A stretch of DNA of 64,000 nucleotides from Megamonas sp. UBA1796 (lineage in GTDB: Bacteria > Bacillota > Negativicutes > Selenomonadales > Selenomonadaceae), in NCBI GenBank assembly GCA_002319795.1, contig DCFU01000046.1:70864-134863 (forward strand), in the 5' to 3' direction. The position numbers and the translations under genes are program-made. Below are positions 28,675 through 37,872 of this stretch, piece by piece. Numbering within the stretch: position 1 is the first letter of the stretch; every line of letters starts with the position of its first letter. The notes under the pieces are model-generated. The model saw only the letters and a program-made list of their open reading frames with translations. It was not told where the DNA came from and did no database searches.

Positions 28675-29352
28675 TCAGCCCTCAAGTGCGGCCTGCTGAT
28701 ATACCATGTACTCTATGCGAATAATAGCCGAGGTTACACCCTCGAGCACCGGCAGCTTGGTAGCTTTTGTAATCTCATCGGCGGCAAATCCCATGCCGGC
28801 GTCACCTAATACGATGACCTCTGCGCCGAACTCGCTTTTAGCCTTGCCTGCCATTTTCAGGATACCGGCCTGCATCTCCGCCAAAGAAGCATCTCCGCTT
28901 CCACAAACAGGCAAAAACACCATATTTTCATTTAATATACCATAATGTTGCAGTGTTTCCTTCTGCATCTCAAGATCCCGCGAAGTTTTTCCCAGCACTG
29001 CAATCCTTCTCCCATAAAGAGGTGCCGGATACACCCCTGCCGGACCACTTGAAATGACCGGTTTGCCCGTGAGCTCATGCAGTGCTGCTACACCAAGTTC
29101 CGTGTGATGGGCAATTACAAAGCCGTCATAGATTCCTTTCAGGCTCCGTATCTTTTCCAATAAGGCGGCAGAAGCCTCAATAATATCCAAGGCTGAGGTA
29201 ATCCGCTTTGATGCCTTTTCCAAGGCTACAACAGAGACATGCGTATAGTCCTCGCTATTGCGCGCAGAAAGCTTTGCCGCATGGTCTGCGGCCTCATAAA
29301 TGACGTCATTCAGTGCCATGTCACTCGTAGGATTCACAATCAGGATATTCAT
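28675..29352 (-). CDS. Asp/Glu/hydantoin-racemase-family protein lacking the two catalytic cysteines
   Basis: It begins MNILIVNPTS and is 225 aa, which fits hydantoin/allantoin racemases. The usual IAC and LGCAG positions read IAHH (H82) and LGDAG (D184). Confidence 0.65.
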   Translation of the reverse strand: MNILIVNPTSDMALNDVIYEAADHAAKLSARNSEDYTHVSVVALEKASKRITSALDIIEASAALLEKIRSLKGIYDGFVIAHHTELGVAALHELTGKPVISSGPAGVYPAPLYGRRIAVLGKTSRDLEMQKETLQHYGILNENMVFLPVCGSGDASLAEMQAGILKMAGKAKSEFGAEVIVLGDAGMGFAADEITKATKLPVLEGVTSAIIRIEYMVYQQAALEG

Positions 29353-29479
29353 ATACTCTGCACCCCATTCTTCAACAATTTTGGTCTTCTTCTATTTTAA
29401 CACGTCAAAACAGCACAGTAAATCAACCGGCATAAGAGATTCCAACTATATTAGAATACACGACCCTATCCTGTCTGTT

Positions 29480-30394
29480 TCAAACCTTGATCTGCCCAAC
29501 CAGCTCGCTGACCTGAGAGATTCCCTTTCTTGCCAGATAAGCATCAATTCCCTCAGCAATTTCCTCCACAGCGCGCGGATTCACAAAATTATACGCCCCC
29601 ACAGCCACAGTGCTCGCACCCGCGAGCAGGAACTCCACTGCATCCTGCCAACAGGAAATTCCGCCAAGCCCCAGAACTGGGACTTTGACCGCTCGTGCTG
29701 TTTGCCATACCATGCGAAGCGCTACCGGTTTGATGGCCGGACCCGAAAGCCCTCCTGTAATATTGCCCAATAATGGCTGCCAGGACTCAATATCAATGGC
29801 CATGCCTGTAATCGTGTTGATGAGCGAAATTGCATCCGCACCGGCATCCTCCACAGCCTTCGCCATGCACGTGATATCCGTAACATTCGGTGAAAGCTTC
29901 ACGATTACGGGTTTGCTTGTATGCAGCTTGACATTTCTCGTAACGGAAGCCGCGGCTTCCGGCTTGGTACCAAACACGATGCCGCCTTCCCTGACATTCG
30001 GGCAGGAAATATTGACCTCCAGTGCCGCCACACCATCCACATCAAGTTCCGCAGCAAGTTCTCCATATTCCTCAGCACTCCCGGCTGAAATATTCACGAT
30101 AAGCGGCGTATCAATCGTTTTTATCTTGGGCAGTATCGTAGTCTTAAATGCCTCAACTCCCGGATTTTCCAGACCAATGCTATTCAGCATGCCTGCAGGA
30201 GTCTCCGCTACGCGCACACCTGCATTGCCCGGACGTGGTTTCGGCGTAATTCCCTTGGATATTATAGCCCCGATACCGTTTATATCCATAAAGTCCGCAT
30301 ATTCCAGTCCAAAACCAAAGGTTCCGGACGCTCCCATCACCGGCGTCTTCATTTTTATCCCAGCAAACTCAAGCGCCATTCTTTTCTTATCCAT
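29480..30394 (-). CDS. Dihydroorotate dehydrogenase class 1B catalytic subunit-like (PyrD paralogue?)
   Basis: The product contains [22 protein letters not shown]...[11 protein letters not shown]...[10 protein letters not shown] (catalytic Cys)...[10 protein letters not shown]...LGLGGI. Its ATG at 30394 overlaps the upstream stop by 1 nt (TGATG). Confidence 0.85.
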   Translation of the reverse strand: MDKKRMALEFAGIKMKTPVMGASGTFGFGLEYADFMDINGIGAIISKGITPKPRPGNAGVRVAETPAGMLNSIGLENPGVEAFKTTILPKIKTIDTPLIVNISAGSAEEYGELAAELDVDGVAALEVNISCPNVREGGIVFGTKPEAAASVTRNVKLHTSKPVIVKLSPNVTDITCMAKAVEDAGADAISLINTITGMAIDIESWQPLLGNITGGLSGPAIKPVALRMVWQTARAVKVPVLGLGGISCWQDAVEFLLAGASTVAVGAYNFVNPRAVEEIAEGIDAYLARKGISQVSELVGQIKV

Positions 30395-31155
30395 CAAAAA
30401 ACCTCCTCTGCCGGAAATACAGGCCCATCTGCGCATACCTTATACCGCTTGCCGCTGCTCTTACCCGCAAAAGTACAACCCAGGCATACACCGATGCTGC
30501 AGGCCATGCGCTTTTCCATGGATACCTCACAAGGAATTCCCTCTTTTGCGGCGATTTCAGCCACGCCCTGCATCATAATCATCGGACCGCAGGTTGATAT
30601 GCCAGTGATTTCATTTTCAGCCAAAATATCCGGCAAAGCCTGCACCGTAAAACCCTTGCGCCCCACAGAACCATCATCGGTTGTAATATATATTTTCTCC
30701 GCATAGGGTTCGAGAAATTCAGACCAAAAAGTCTCTTCTGCGGTTTTGCCACCGATGAGCAGCACGGGCCTGTCCAGTTTGCGTGCCAAAAAAATCAATG
30801 GAGCAATGCCCACGCCCCCACCTACCAGCAGTGCCTTGTCTCCCTGCCTGATAGAGAATCCTGTGCCCAACGGGCCTTCTACGTTTATATGCTCATCTGC
30901 ATGCATAGCAGCCATTTCTGCTGTCCCCTGGCCCACCAGCCGATAAATGAGCGTAATCGTCCCCTGTTCAGGGTCTGCATCCGCCACACTGAACGGGCGC
31001 CGCAAAAAAGTAATCCCCCCAGATTTTCGAATCGCCACAAACTGCCCCGGCTGTACACACAGAGCGATTTCAGGCGCCCAAAGCACCATTTTCCACACTG
31101 CGGGAATCACCGCTTCATTGGAAATCACCACGGCATCCACTAAAAGCTTCTTCAA
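30394..31155 (-). CDS. DHOD-B electron-transfer subunit-like (PyrK family; FAD plus [2Fe-2S])
   Basis: The product has the RRPFSV FAD motif, GGGVGIAPL, and a C-terminal Cys cluster (CSIGVCLGC...VCADGPVF). Confidence 0.85.
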   Translation of the reverse strand: MKKLLVDAVVISNEAVIPAVWKMVLWAPEIALCVQPGQFVAIRKSGGITFLRRPFSVADADPEQGTITLIYRLVGQGTAEMAAMHADEHINVEGPLGTGFSIRQGDKALLVGGGVGIAPLIFLARKLDRPVLLIGGKTAEETFWSEFLEPYAEKIYITTDDGSVGRKGFTVQALPDILAENEITGISTCGPMIMMQGVAEIAAKEGIPCEVSMEKRMACSIGVCLGCTFAGKSSGKRYKVCADGPVFPAEEVF

Positions 31156-31232
31156 AAAATCTCCTCCTCATATCGTCAAAGTTCTGCCGAGCAAAACATC
31201 GTTCTATTAAAAATTTCTCTAAAGCATGGTTC

Positions 31233-32627
31233 TCATCTGCTTACATTTTGATACAATGGAACCCATTTTCCTATAGGCTTTTCCTCACAAATTTTATGAT
31301 TATCTGCCACAAGCTTTCCCCGCAAGTAGGTCTTGACCGGCCAGCCCGTGACCTCCAGCCCATCAAAAGCAGTCATCGGCTGCTTACTGTGCAGATCTTC
31401 ATTGCGTATCCTGCGTGTTTTACGCATATCCACCAATACCAAATCCGCGTCTTTTCCTCTTTGGATTACGCCCTTTGCAGCAAGTCCATATATCCTTGCC
31501 GGGTTTTCTGACAAAACTCTGCCCACAAACGGCAGCGTGATACGCCCTTTGCTTACCTCTCCCAGCATAAGTGGAAGCATGCTTTCCACGCCGCACATAC
31601 CAGAAGGAATGGCAAATAAGCTCCCCTTTTTCTCTGAAATACAGTGTGGCGCATGATCCGAAGCTACAAAATCCAGTGTACCATCCATAAGACCCTGCCA
31701 AAGTGCCAGTCGATCACTCTCTTCCTTAATTACCGGATAAACTTTTATCATGGGCCCCACCCGTTCATAATCATCTGCAGAAAGCAGCAGATAATGGGGA
31801 CAAGTTTCTGCCGTAACCGGCACACCCTCAGCCTTCGCTCTTCGGATGAGTTCTACACCGTCACCCGAGGTCACATGCAATATGTGCAGATGTGCCCCTG
31901 TATCACGTGCAAAAGCCAGCGCCGTCTGTATCGTAAGCACCTCTGCAAGCGCCGGGCGCGACGCGAGCAACGCCCGATAATCCGTGCCCCCGGACACCGC
32001 ATTGCGCTTTGTCAGCACATGGATAAGCCCACTGTTTTCCGCATGGATTGCAAGTATCTGTCTATTGCATGCGATCTGCTCGAATATCTCATAAACCTCA
32101 CCATCATCAAGCGGTGGAATCACACCGGGCTGCCCTGGAACATAATTATAAATAAGTGCATGTGTTTTTTCATCAATTGCATAGCCCCAGAAAAACTTTA
32201 CAGCTGCAGCCCCGCCATCTTTCATAGCACGCAGCTCCGCAAGATTCAGTCTGCCAAGGGAAAGTCCCCATAAACCATAATCCACAAAAGCCTTATCCTT
32301 AAAATATTCTACCTTCTGTTTCAAGCTTCCTGCATCGAGTACAGCTGGATTTGTATTTGGCATATCAAATACCGTCGTCACGCCTCCCACAGCAGCGGCA
32401 CACGTTCCATGCGCAAAATCCTCCTTCTGCGTAGCTCCCGGGTCTCTGAAATGGCAGTGCGTGTCAATACAGCCTGGCAGGACATAAAGTCCTGCCGCAT
32501 CTTGTATGGAAGCCGCCTCATAATCTGCATCCGTGACAGCTGCAATCTTACCATCCTGCACATAGATATTGGTACGGCAAATACGATTGCCTACAACCCA
32601 TCCATTTTTCAACACGAAATCATACAT
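31233..32627 (-). CDS. Cyclic amidohydrolase (dihydroorotase / allantoinase / hydantoinase family)
   Basis: The 464 aa product has the metal-binding HxH (CIDTHCHF), KFFWGY (Lys), AIHAEN, LHILHVTS and VASDHAPH. Confidence 0.85.
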   Translation of the reverse strand: MYDFVLKNGWVVGNRICRTNIYVQDGKIAAVTDADYEAASIQDAAGLYVLPGCIDTHCHFRDPGATQKEDFAHGTCAAAVGGVTTVFDMPNTNPAVLDAGSLKQKVEYFKDKAFVDYGLWGLSLGRLNLAELRAMKDGGAAAVKFFWGYAIDEKTHALIYNYVPGQPGVIPPLDDGEVYEIFEQIACNRQILAIHAENSGLIHVLTKRNAVSGGTDYRALLASRPALAEVLTIQTALAFARDTGAHLHILHVTSGDGVELIRRAKAEGVPVTAETCPHYLLLSADDYERVGPMIKVYPVIKEESDRLALWQGLMDGTLDFVASDHAPHCISEKKGSLFAIPSGMCGVESMLPLMLGEVSKGRITLPFVGRVLSENPARIYGLAAKGVIQRGKDADLVLVDMRKTRRIRNEDLHSKQPMTAFDGLEVTGWPVKTYLRGKLVADNHKICEEKPIGKWVPLYQNVSR

Positions 32628-32659
32628 GAAAAAACCTCCCCGGAATTCATCCTATACCC

Positions 32660-33961
32660 TTACGCAATAAGTTTGCCCTTTGTTTCTGGAACCATGAGCC
32701 ACATCGCTATAAAAGCTACCGGATAAATAAGAAAAACCAGGCTCATTGCACTGTATACACTGCTGCCAGTAGCCAGCCAGCCTATAATCGCCGGGCCGAA
32801 ACCTGCCAGCCCTCGTCCGGTTCCAAAAATGAAATTCTCAGCTGTGGAACGTGCCTCCGAAGAATAATTTTCAGCAAGAATAGCACCATAACCGCCCATC
32901 ATGCCATTGACTGTAAGTCCTAACAAAGAGCTTCCCCAAAGCAGTGCTTCCTGACTCGTAAAGCAGAAAAAATAAAGAATACAATAAACGGTTCCTGCGA
33001 CGTACCATATGCCAAAGGTTTTTTTGCGGCCTATCTTGTCCGCCAAAATTCCAAAAGCTGTAATGCCTACGAGCATTCCACAGATAGAAATCGTCATCCA
33101 TCCACTGGCCTTGGCAAGCGTATAGCCATATTTATCAGCAAGCACAGCCGGCATCCAGCTGAAAATCGCATAGTAACCGAAATTCTGTACCAGGCACATA
33201 ATCATGAGTCCAATGGTAGTAATTGTCGTTTTTCTGTTCTCAAAAAGAGCCTTGACCGGCATACCGCTGATTTTGTAATATTCTTCTTTCTCCTCTGCCG
33301 AAATCGTTCCATTCTGCAGTCCGGTCTTCAGTTCCTTCAGATGTTCCTTACGCAAAACAAACATCTTAGGCTCACGCAGCGTAAGACGGGCGTAAATCGC
33401 GATTGCGGCTGGCACAAGCCCTATGAGGAATACCCCTCTCCACCCCATTGCCGGAACTACCAAGGCCACAATCACCGATGCTGCCAGGACACCAAACTGC
33501 CATCCCAGCGATACCCAGGATGTCGCCCGGGCACGCATTTCTGGGGCCCATGTTTCTGTGACAATGGCCATGCCTATGCCAAACTCACCGCCAATGCCCA
33601 AACCAACCAGTACGCGAAGCACCAGCAGCGTGCTGTAATCACCACACCAATAAATAGCCGCCGTAGCAAAAGAGTACAAGAAAATTGTAAATGACAAGAC
33701 CTTGATACGCCCGACAGTATCAGCCAAAACACCAAATACATAAGACCCCGCCCAGATGCCGATTGTTGTCGCCAGTGTCAGATTACCAGCTTCAATCGGC
33801 GTCAGACCGAATTCCTTGATGATGAAAATCAGGACAAACGACAAAAAAAACATATCCATGCCATCTGCAGCATACCCCAGCGTAGCAGCAACAAGGCTTT
33901 TCATATGATGGCCTTCTTCGCCTTCCACATAATTACGTCTCTTCATTTCCACATTGCTCAT
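32660..33961 (-). CDS. MFS transporter (organic-acid/metabolite:H+ symporter-like)
   Basis: The 433 aa product has 12 predicted TMs. The MFS loop motif is GVLADTVGRIKVL, and a second-half motif is ADKIGRKK. Confidence 0.85.
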   Translation of the reverse strand: MSNVEMKRRNYVEGEEGHHMKSLVAATLGYAADGMDMFFLSFVLIFIIKEFGLTPIEAGNLTLATTIGIWAGSYVFGVLADTVGRIKVLSFTIFLYSFATAAIYWCGDYSTLLVLRVLVGLGIGGEFGIGMAIVTETWAPEMRARATSWVSLGWQFGVLAASVIVALVVPAMGWRGVFLIGLVPAAIAIYARLTLREPKMFVLRKEHLKELKTGLQNGTISAEEKEEYYKISGMPVKALFENRKTTITTIGLMIMCLVQNFGYYAIFSWMPAVLADKYGYTLAKASGWMTISICGMLVGITAFGILADKIGRKKTFGIWYVAGTVYCILYFFCFTSQEALLWGSSLLGLTVNGMMGGYGAILAENYSSEARSTAENFIFGTGRGLAGFGPAIIGWLATGSSVYSAMSLVFLIYPVAFIAMWLMVPETKGKLIA

Positions 33962-34038
33962 GATACTTCTCCTCCTTATGTTGTTCCGTTCAGTGAAATG
34001 CAGTTTCGTTTTTTATGTATCAACCCCCATTAGAAATC

Positions 34039-34080
34039 AAAAAGCGCTGTAATATCCTCTATGCGAAGATATTGCAGCGC
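34039..34080 (-). terminator. Rho-independent terminator after the MCP gene
   Basis: A 13 bp stem (GCGCTGTAATATC/GATATTGCAGCGC, one G-U pair) is followed by TTTTTGATTT on the minus strand. Confidence 0.65.
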
Positions 34081-34164
34081 CCTTGCTTTAAAATATCATG
34101 TTCTCATGATATGCCTTTTGTCTTTTCCTGTCAAGAAATTTTTGTATGTATATACTATGCATAT

Positions 34165-36147
34165 TTATACCTTAAATTTACTGACAACTTGGTTCAATCC
34201 TTGCGCCAGCGCCGCCAGACTATGGCTGGAAGACGCAATCTCTTGCATAGAAGCAGATTGTTCTTGTGTAGCCGCTGAAACTGTTTGTGCTTCGTGTACA
34301 GCCTTTTTGCTATGCCCATCGACAATATCCATAGCAGCTGCAATTTTCCTGCTGCCATCCGCCATGTCTGCTATCGCTGTCGAAATTTCATTTACTTGCC
34401 CGGAAACTTTTGTCACTAGAGTTTCTATATCCGCAAAAGTATGGCCAGCCGCATCCACAACCTCCGTTCCTACTTTGACTTCTTGTGTTCCGCGTTCCAT
34501 CGCAAGGACTGCCTGATTCGTCTTTCCCTGTATGTCAGCAATCAAATCTGCTATCTGCTGGGCGGCTTCCTGTGACTGCTCTGCCAATTTCCGCACTTCC
34601 TCGGCTACAACGCTGAATCCCTTCCCCTGTTCACCGGCCCGGGCCGCTTCAATGGCCGCATTCAATGCCAGTAGATTTGTCTGCCCTGCTATATTAGAAA
34701 TAGCATCTACAATTTGCCCAATTTCCTTTGACTGCTCACCCAATTCCAAGACAACCTGCGCTGAGTCATTGACCGTTTTCTCAATATGTGCCATCTGCAT
34801 AGCGGCCTTTTCAATAGCCTTGTTTCCGTCCTTCGTGCGATCAACAACCTGAAAAGAATTCCCTGCCGCTTGGCTTGAGGTGCCTGCAGCCTGTTCTATA
34901 GCGGTTAACATCTTTTCTATTATTACAGATGCAGCATCTACGGCTGTACGTTGTTCTTCGGAGCCTGCAGCAACTTCCGAAATAGATTTGGCTACCTGAT
35001 CTACCGATAAAGCAGACTGCTCTGCACTGGCTGTGAGTTGCTGTGAGGAAGCCGCAACCTGCTCTGCTGATTCATTTACCTGCCTCAAAAGCCCCTGCAG
35101 ACTCTGGCGCATTGTATTCAAAGCTATACTTAACTGTCCTATTTCATCCTGCCGTGATAAAAAGCGCTTTTTATCACGGAAATCACCCACTGCAAAATCT
35201 TTACATGCGGCCACCATATTTTTCAATGGATGCGTTATCGATTGCGCCATACGATTTCCACTAAATCCGGCTAAAACCACCACTGCTAAAATTATAAGCA
35301 GGCTTGCCCATAAAATATCCAAATATGCTTTATTCGCCTCATCCGTCGGCAAATAAGCCACAACGCCCCAATGGTATTGGTTTATCGGCTCATAGTCTAT
35401 CATAGCTTCCGTCCCCGCTGTCGAAACTGCTGATACGTGTCCGGACTCACCCTGCATAACAGCCTGTACATAAGGAAGAGCCGACACATTGTTATCAGTC
35501 AAAGTCCCTGCCTTCTCAGGATGCGCAATAAGGCTGCCTTTTGAATCAACGATATCTATATAACCATTCAAACCAATGGTAGCGGCTTCCGCGATCTCAC
35601 AAACCGTTCGCAGGCTAATATCCGCCCCTACTATGCCGACAATATTTCCTGACGCATCTTTTATCGGTGAAGATACCGTAATCGTCGGCTGATTGGTCGT
35701 AGCGGATATATAGATATCTGTATAATAGGTCTTTCCACGGACAGCTTCCTTAAAATAGTCCCGGTCTGCACGATTGCCCAGTGTTCCTGATGTACGTACC
35801 GTCTGCCAGCCCGTCTTATCAATTACATAAAGCAGTTCAAACTGTGGATTCTTTTGCTGCGCATTCACCAACAAAACCTTCAGCTTATCGGCTTCCATAG
35901 CAGATGCTTCCGGAGAAACCGCCAGCGTTTCGGTCAGGCTTCTGGCATTATCCATAAAACGGTTGATTTCACTTCCGACCTGACGGGTTATAACCTGATT
36001 GCCTTCTACAATCCTCTGCCGGGCAGATTGAATACTCATATACAAACTAACCCCACCGACAACAACGGCTGTCAAAAAAGAAAAAACCACCAGCATTACA
36101 ACGATTTTTGTCTGCAGCTCATTTTGAACAGTGCCTTTCACTTTCAA
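34165..36147 (-). CDS. Methyl-accepting chemotaxis protein with a periplasmic double-Cache-like sensor and a HAMP domain
   Basis: The 660 aa product has TM1, an extracytoplasmic domain of about 250 aa, TM2 and HAMP ([10 protein letters not shown]). The signalling hairpin is [40 protein letters not shown]. Confidence 0.9.
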   Translation of the reverse strand: MKVKGTVQNELQTKIVVMLVVFSFLTAVVVGGVSLYMSIQSARQRIVEGNQVITRQVGSEINRFMDNARSLTETLAVSPEASAMEADKLKVLLVNAQQKNPQFELLYVIDKTGWQTVRTSGTLGNRADRDYFKEAVRGKTYYTDIYISATTNQPTITVSSPIKDASGNIVGIVGADISLRTVCEIAEAATIGLNGYIDIVDSKGSLIAHPEKAGTLTDNNVSALPYVQAVMQGESGHVSAVSTAGTEAMIDYEPINQYHWGVVAYLPTDEANKAYLDILWASLLIILAVVVLAGFSGNRMAQSITHPLKNMVAACKDFAVGDFRDKKRFLSRQDEIGQLSIALNTMRQSLQGLLRQVNESAEQVAASSQQLTASAEQSALSVDQVAKSISEVAAGSEEQRTAVDAASVIIEKMLTAIEQAAGTSSQAAGNSFQVVDRTKDGNKAIEKAAMQMAHIEKTVNDSAQVVLELGEQSKEIGQIVDAISNIAGQTNLLALNAAIEAARAGEQGKGFSVVAEEVRKLAEQSQEAAQQIADLIADIQGKTNQAVLAMERGTQEVKVGTEVVDAAGHTFADIETLVTKVSGQVNEISTAIADMADGSRKIAAAMDIVDGHSKKAVHEAQTVSAATQEQSASMQEIASSSHSLAALAQGLNQVVSKFKV

Positions 36148-36439
36148 TGCTTACACCTCAATCTTTATTCTATAGATTATATCCGCTTATACTATATGCC
36201 TGAGGGTAGCGATTCCTATGAAATCCTACAAAATTCTACAAATTTTTAACAGAATATTCATACCATCATCTGAATATATTTGCAACAACTTTTACAAAAA
36301 CAGGTGTACATATTCCCAATACCCTATGCGGCTATTGCTTAATTCCCCAAAAGGATTTAGAATGAAGGCGTGATTATCCGTTACTCTAAACAAAAAACTA
36401 TTCCGCTCAACGAAACTTGATTTTAAGGAGGCTCTCGTT

Positions 36440-37687
36440 ATGATTTCACCAGAACGACTGACAGCACAACTGGCCCATTTAAATAAAATCTCTGCCCCGG
36501 ATATGGGACCCGGGATTCACCGTCTGGCATTTACAGACAGCGATTGGCAGGCTCGCGGCTATCTCATGCAGCTCATGGAGGATGCCGGTCTTACAGTGCA
36601 GGAAGATGCCTTCGGCAACGTCATCGGCCATCGGACTGGAGCGGATGATTCCCTGCCAGCCGTCATGCTGGGCTCGCATGCTGACAGTGTGCCCAGCGGC
36701 GGCAATTACGATGGCATCGTCGGTATTCTGGCGGCTATCGAGACCATACGAAGCCTGCAGCAGGATTGCTTCAAAAACGAACATCCGCTTGAAGTTGTAC
36801 TCTTTATGTGTGAGGAATCCAGCCGTTTCGGCGCCGCTACGCTCGGCAGCCGTGCCATGCGTGGAACGCTTACACCAGATGAGTTGCATCGCTTTACGGA
36901 TAAGGACGGACACAGCCTTTACGAAATTCTCCAATCACGTTCACTCAGACCAGAGGATATTGCATCTGCCAAATATGCCAAACCACTCAAGGCCTTTTTT
37001 GAGGTTCATATTGAACAGGGCCGGGTTCTGGAACACTCCAGGATACCGCTCGGCATCGTTACAGGCATAGCTGCTCCCACACGTCTGCGTGTTCATTTAC
37101 ATGGCAGTGCCGACCATAGCGGGGCCACCCCGATGGCTCTTCGGCACGATGGCAGCTGCGCAGCTGCAGAAATCATTCTCGCCGTAGAGCATGCCGCCAC
37201 CTTGCACAGCGACCCGCCTGTTGTCGGTACCGTTGGCATTTTGCGTGTTCATCCCTGCGCTATGAATGTCATACCCGGCGAGACCGAACTAGGTATTGAT
37301 ATCCGCAGCATTTCTTCTGCGGCAAAGGCAGAAACCGTTCGCATAGTATATGCCAGCATCCGGGCCATCTGCCAAAAACGAAGCATTCCCTATGATATCG
37401 AAGAAATCAGCAATGAAACACCGGTCATCATGAAGCCTGCCGTTACAGACTTCCTCGCCGGACTATGCCATACACAGGGAAAAAATTTTATAAAACTCCC
37501 CAGCGGTGCCGGGCATGATGCCATGCATTGGGCCGATTATGCACCTACAGGTATGCTCTTTATCCCCTGCAGGGACGGCATTAGTCATAATCCAGCCGAA
37601 TCCGCAGAACGCAACGATATTGTCTCCGTGACTGAAATACTTGAACAAGCCGTACGGACAGCAACAAAACAAAGCTTTGAATTTTGA
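36440..37687 (+). CDS. M20-family N-carbamoyl-L-amino-acid amidohydrolase / allantoate amidohydrolase-type enzyme
   Basis: The product contains HRLAFTDSDWQARGYLMQLMEDAGLTV..DAFGNVIG...GSHADSVPSGGNYDGIVG...CEESSRFG, the AmaB/AllC-type signature. It is 415 aa. Confidence 0.85.
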   Translation: MISPERLTAQLAHLNKISAPDMGPGIHRLAFTDSDWQARGYLMQLMEDAGLTVQEDAFGNVIGHRTGADDSLPAVMLGSHADSVPSGGNYDGIVGILAAIETIRSLQQDCFKNEHPLEVVLFMCEESSRFGAATLGSRAMRGTLTPDELHRFTDKDGHSLYEILQSRSLRPEDIASAKYAKPLKAFFEVHIEQGRVLEHSRIPLGIVTGIAAPTRLRVHLHGSADHSGATPMALRHDGSCAAAEIILAVEHAATLHSDPPVVGTVGILRVHPCAMNVIPGETELGIDIRSISSAAKAETVRIVYASIRAICQKRSIPYDIEEISNETPVIMKPAVTDFLAGLCHTQGKNFIKLPSGAGHDAMHWADYAPTGMLFIPCRDGISHNPAESAERNDIVSVTEILEQAVRTATKQSFEF

Positions 37688-37698
37688 TGTTTTCTCTT

Positions 37699-37740
37699 GC
37701 CGTATACCGTATACCATGCATCCGGTATACGGCGTCTTTA
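37699..37740 (+). terminator. Hairpin after the M20 amidohydrolase gene
   Basis: An 11 bp stem (GCCGTATACCG/CGGTATACGGC) has a 13 nt loop and is followed by GTCTTTATATA, a weak T-tract. Confidence 0.45.
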
Positions 37741-37804
37741 TATACATCTTTACAATCTATAACAAATTAAAATATTTTATATACTGTTATAACATATAGA
37801 AACC

Positions 37805-37834
37805 TTCAAAAACCATCAGAAAATTTGTTATACT
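37805..37834 (+). promoter_or_regulatory. Candidate sigma-70 promoter for dcuC-pepT
   Basis: A TTCAAA hexamer, an 18 nt spacer and an extended -10 TGTTATACT sit about 40 nt upstream of the dcuC ATG. Confidence 0.35.
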
Positions 37835-37872
37835 GAGAGTGCTTTATGTATTTTATTAATTGGAGGTATTAT

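Noticed and set aside
29480-32627. Reading PyrD, PyrK and the amidohydrolase as the housekeeping pyrimidine-biosynthesis genes pyrD, pyrK and pyrC.
   Set aside because: I do not reject this outright but consider it less likely. No pyrB, carAB, pyrE or pyrF are adjacent. The operon instead contains an MFS permease, a racemase-like gene and an IclR regulator, and it faces a carbamoyl-amidohydrolase. It needs whole-genome context to settle, so gene symbols are left empty.
36148-36300. A possible sigma-28 (FliA) promoter upstream of the MCP gene, GCGGATAT on the minus strand. The direct repeat TCCTACAAAA/TTCTACAAAT is also in this region.
   Set aside because: Only 6 of 8 positions match GCCGATAA, and there is no TAAA element 15 nt upstream. 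The short direct repeat occurs once only, in a generally AT-rich leader. This is too weak to call.
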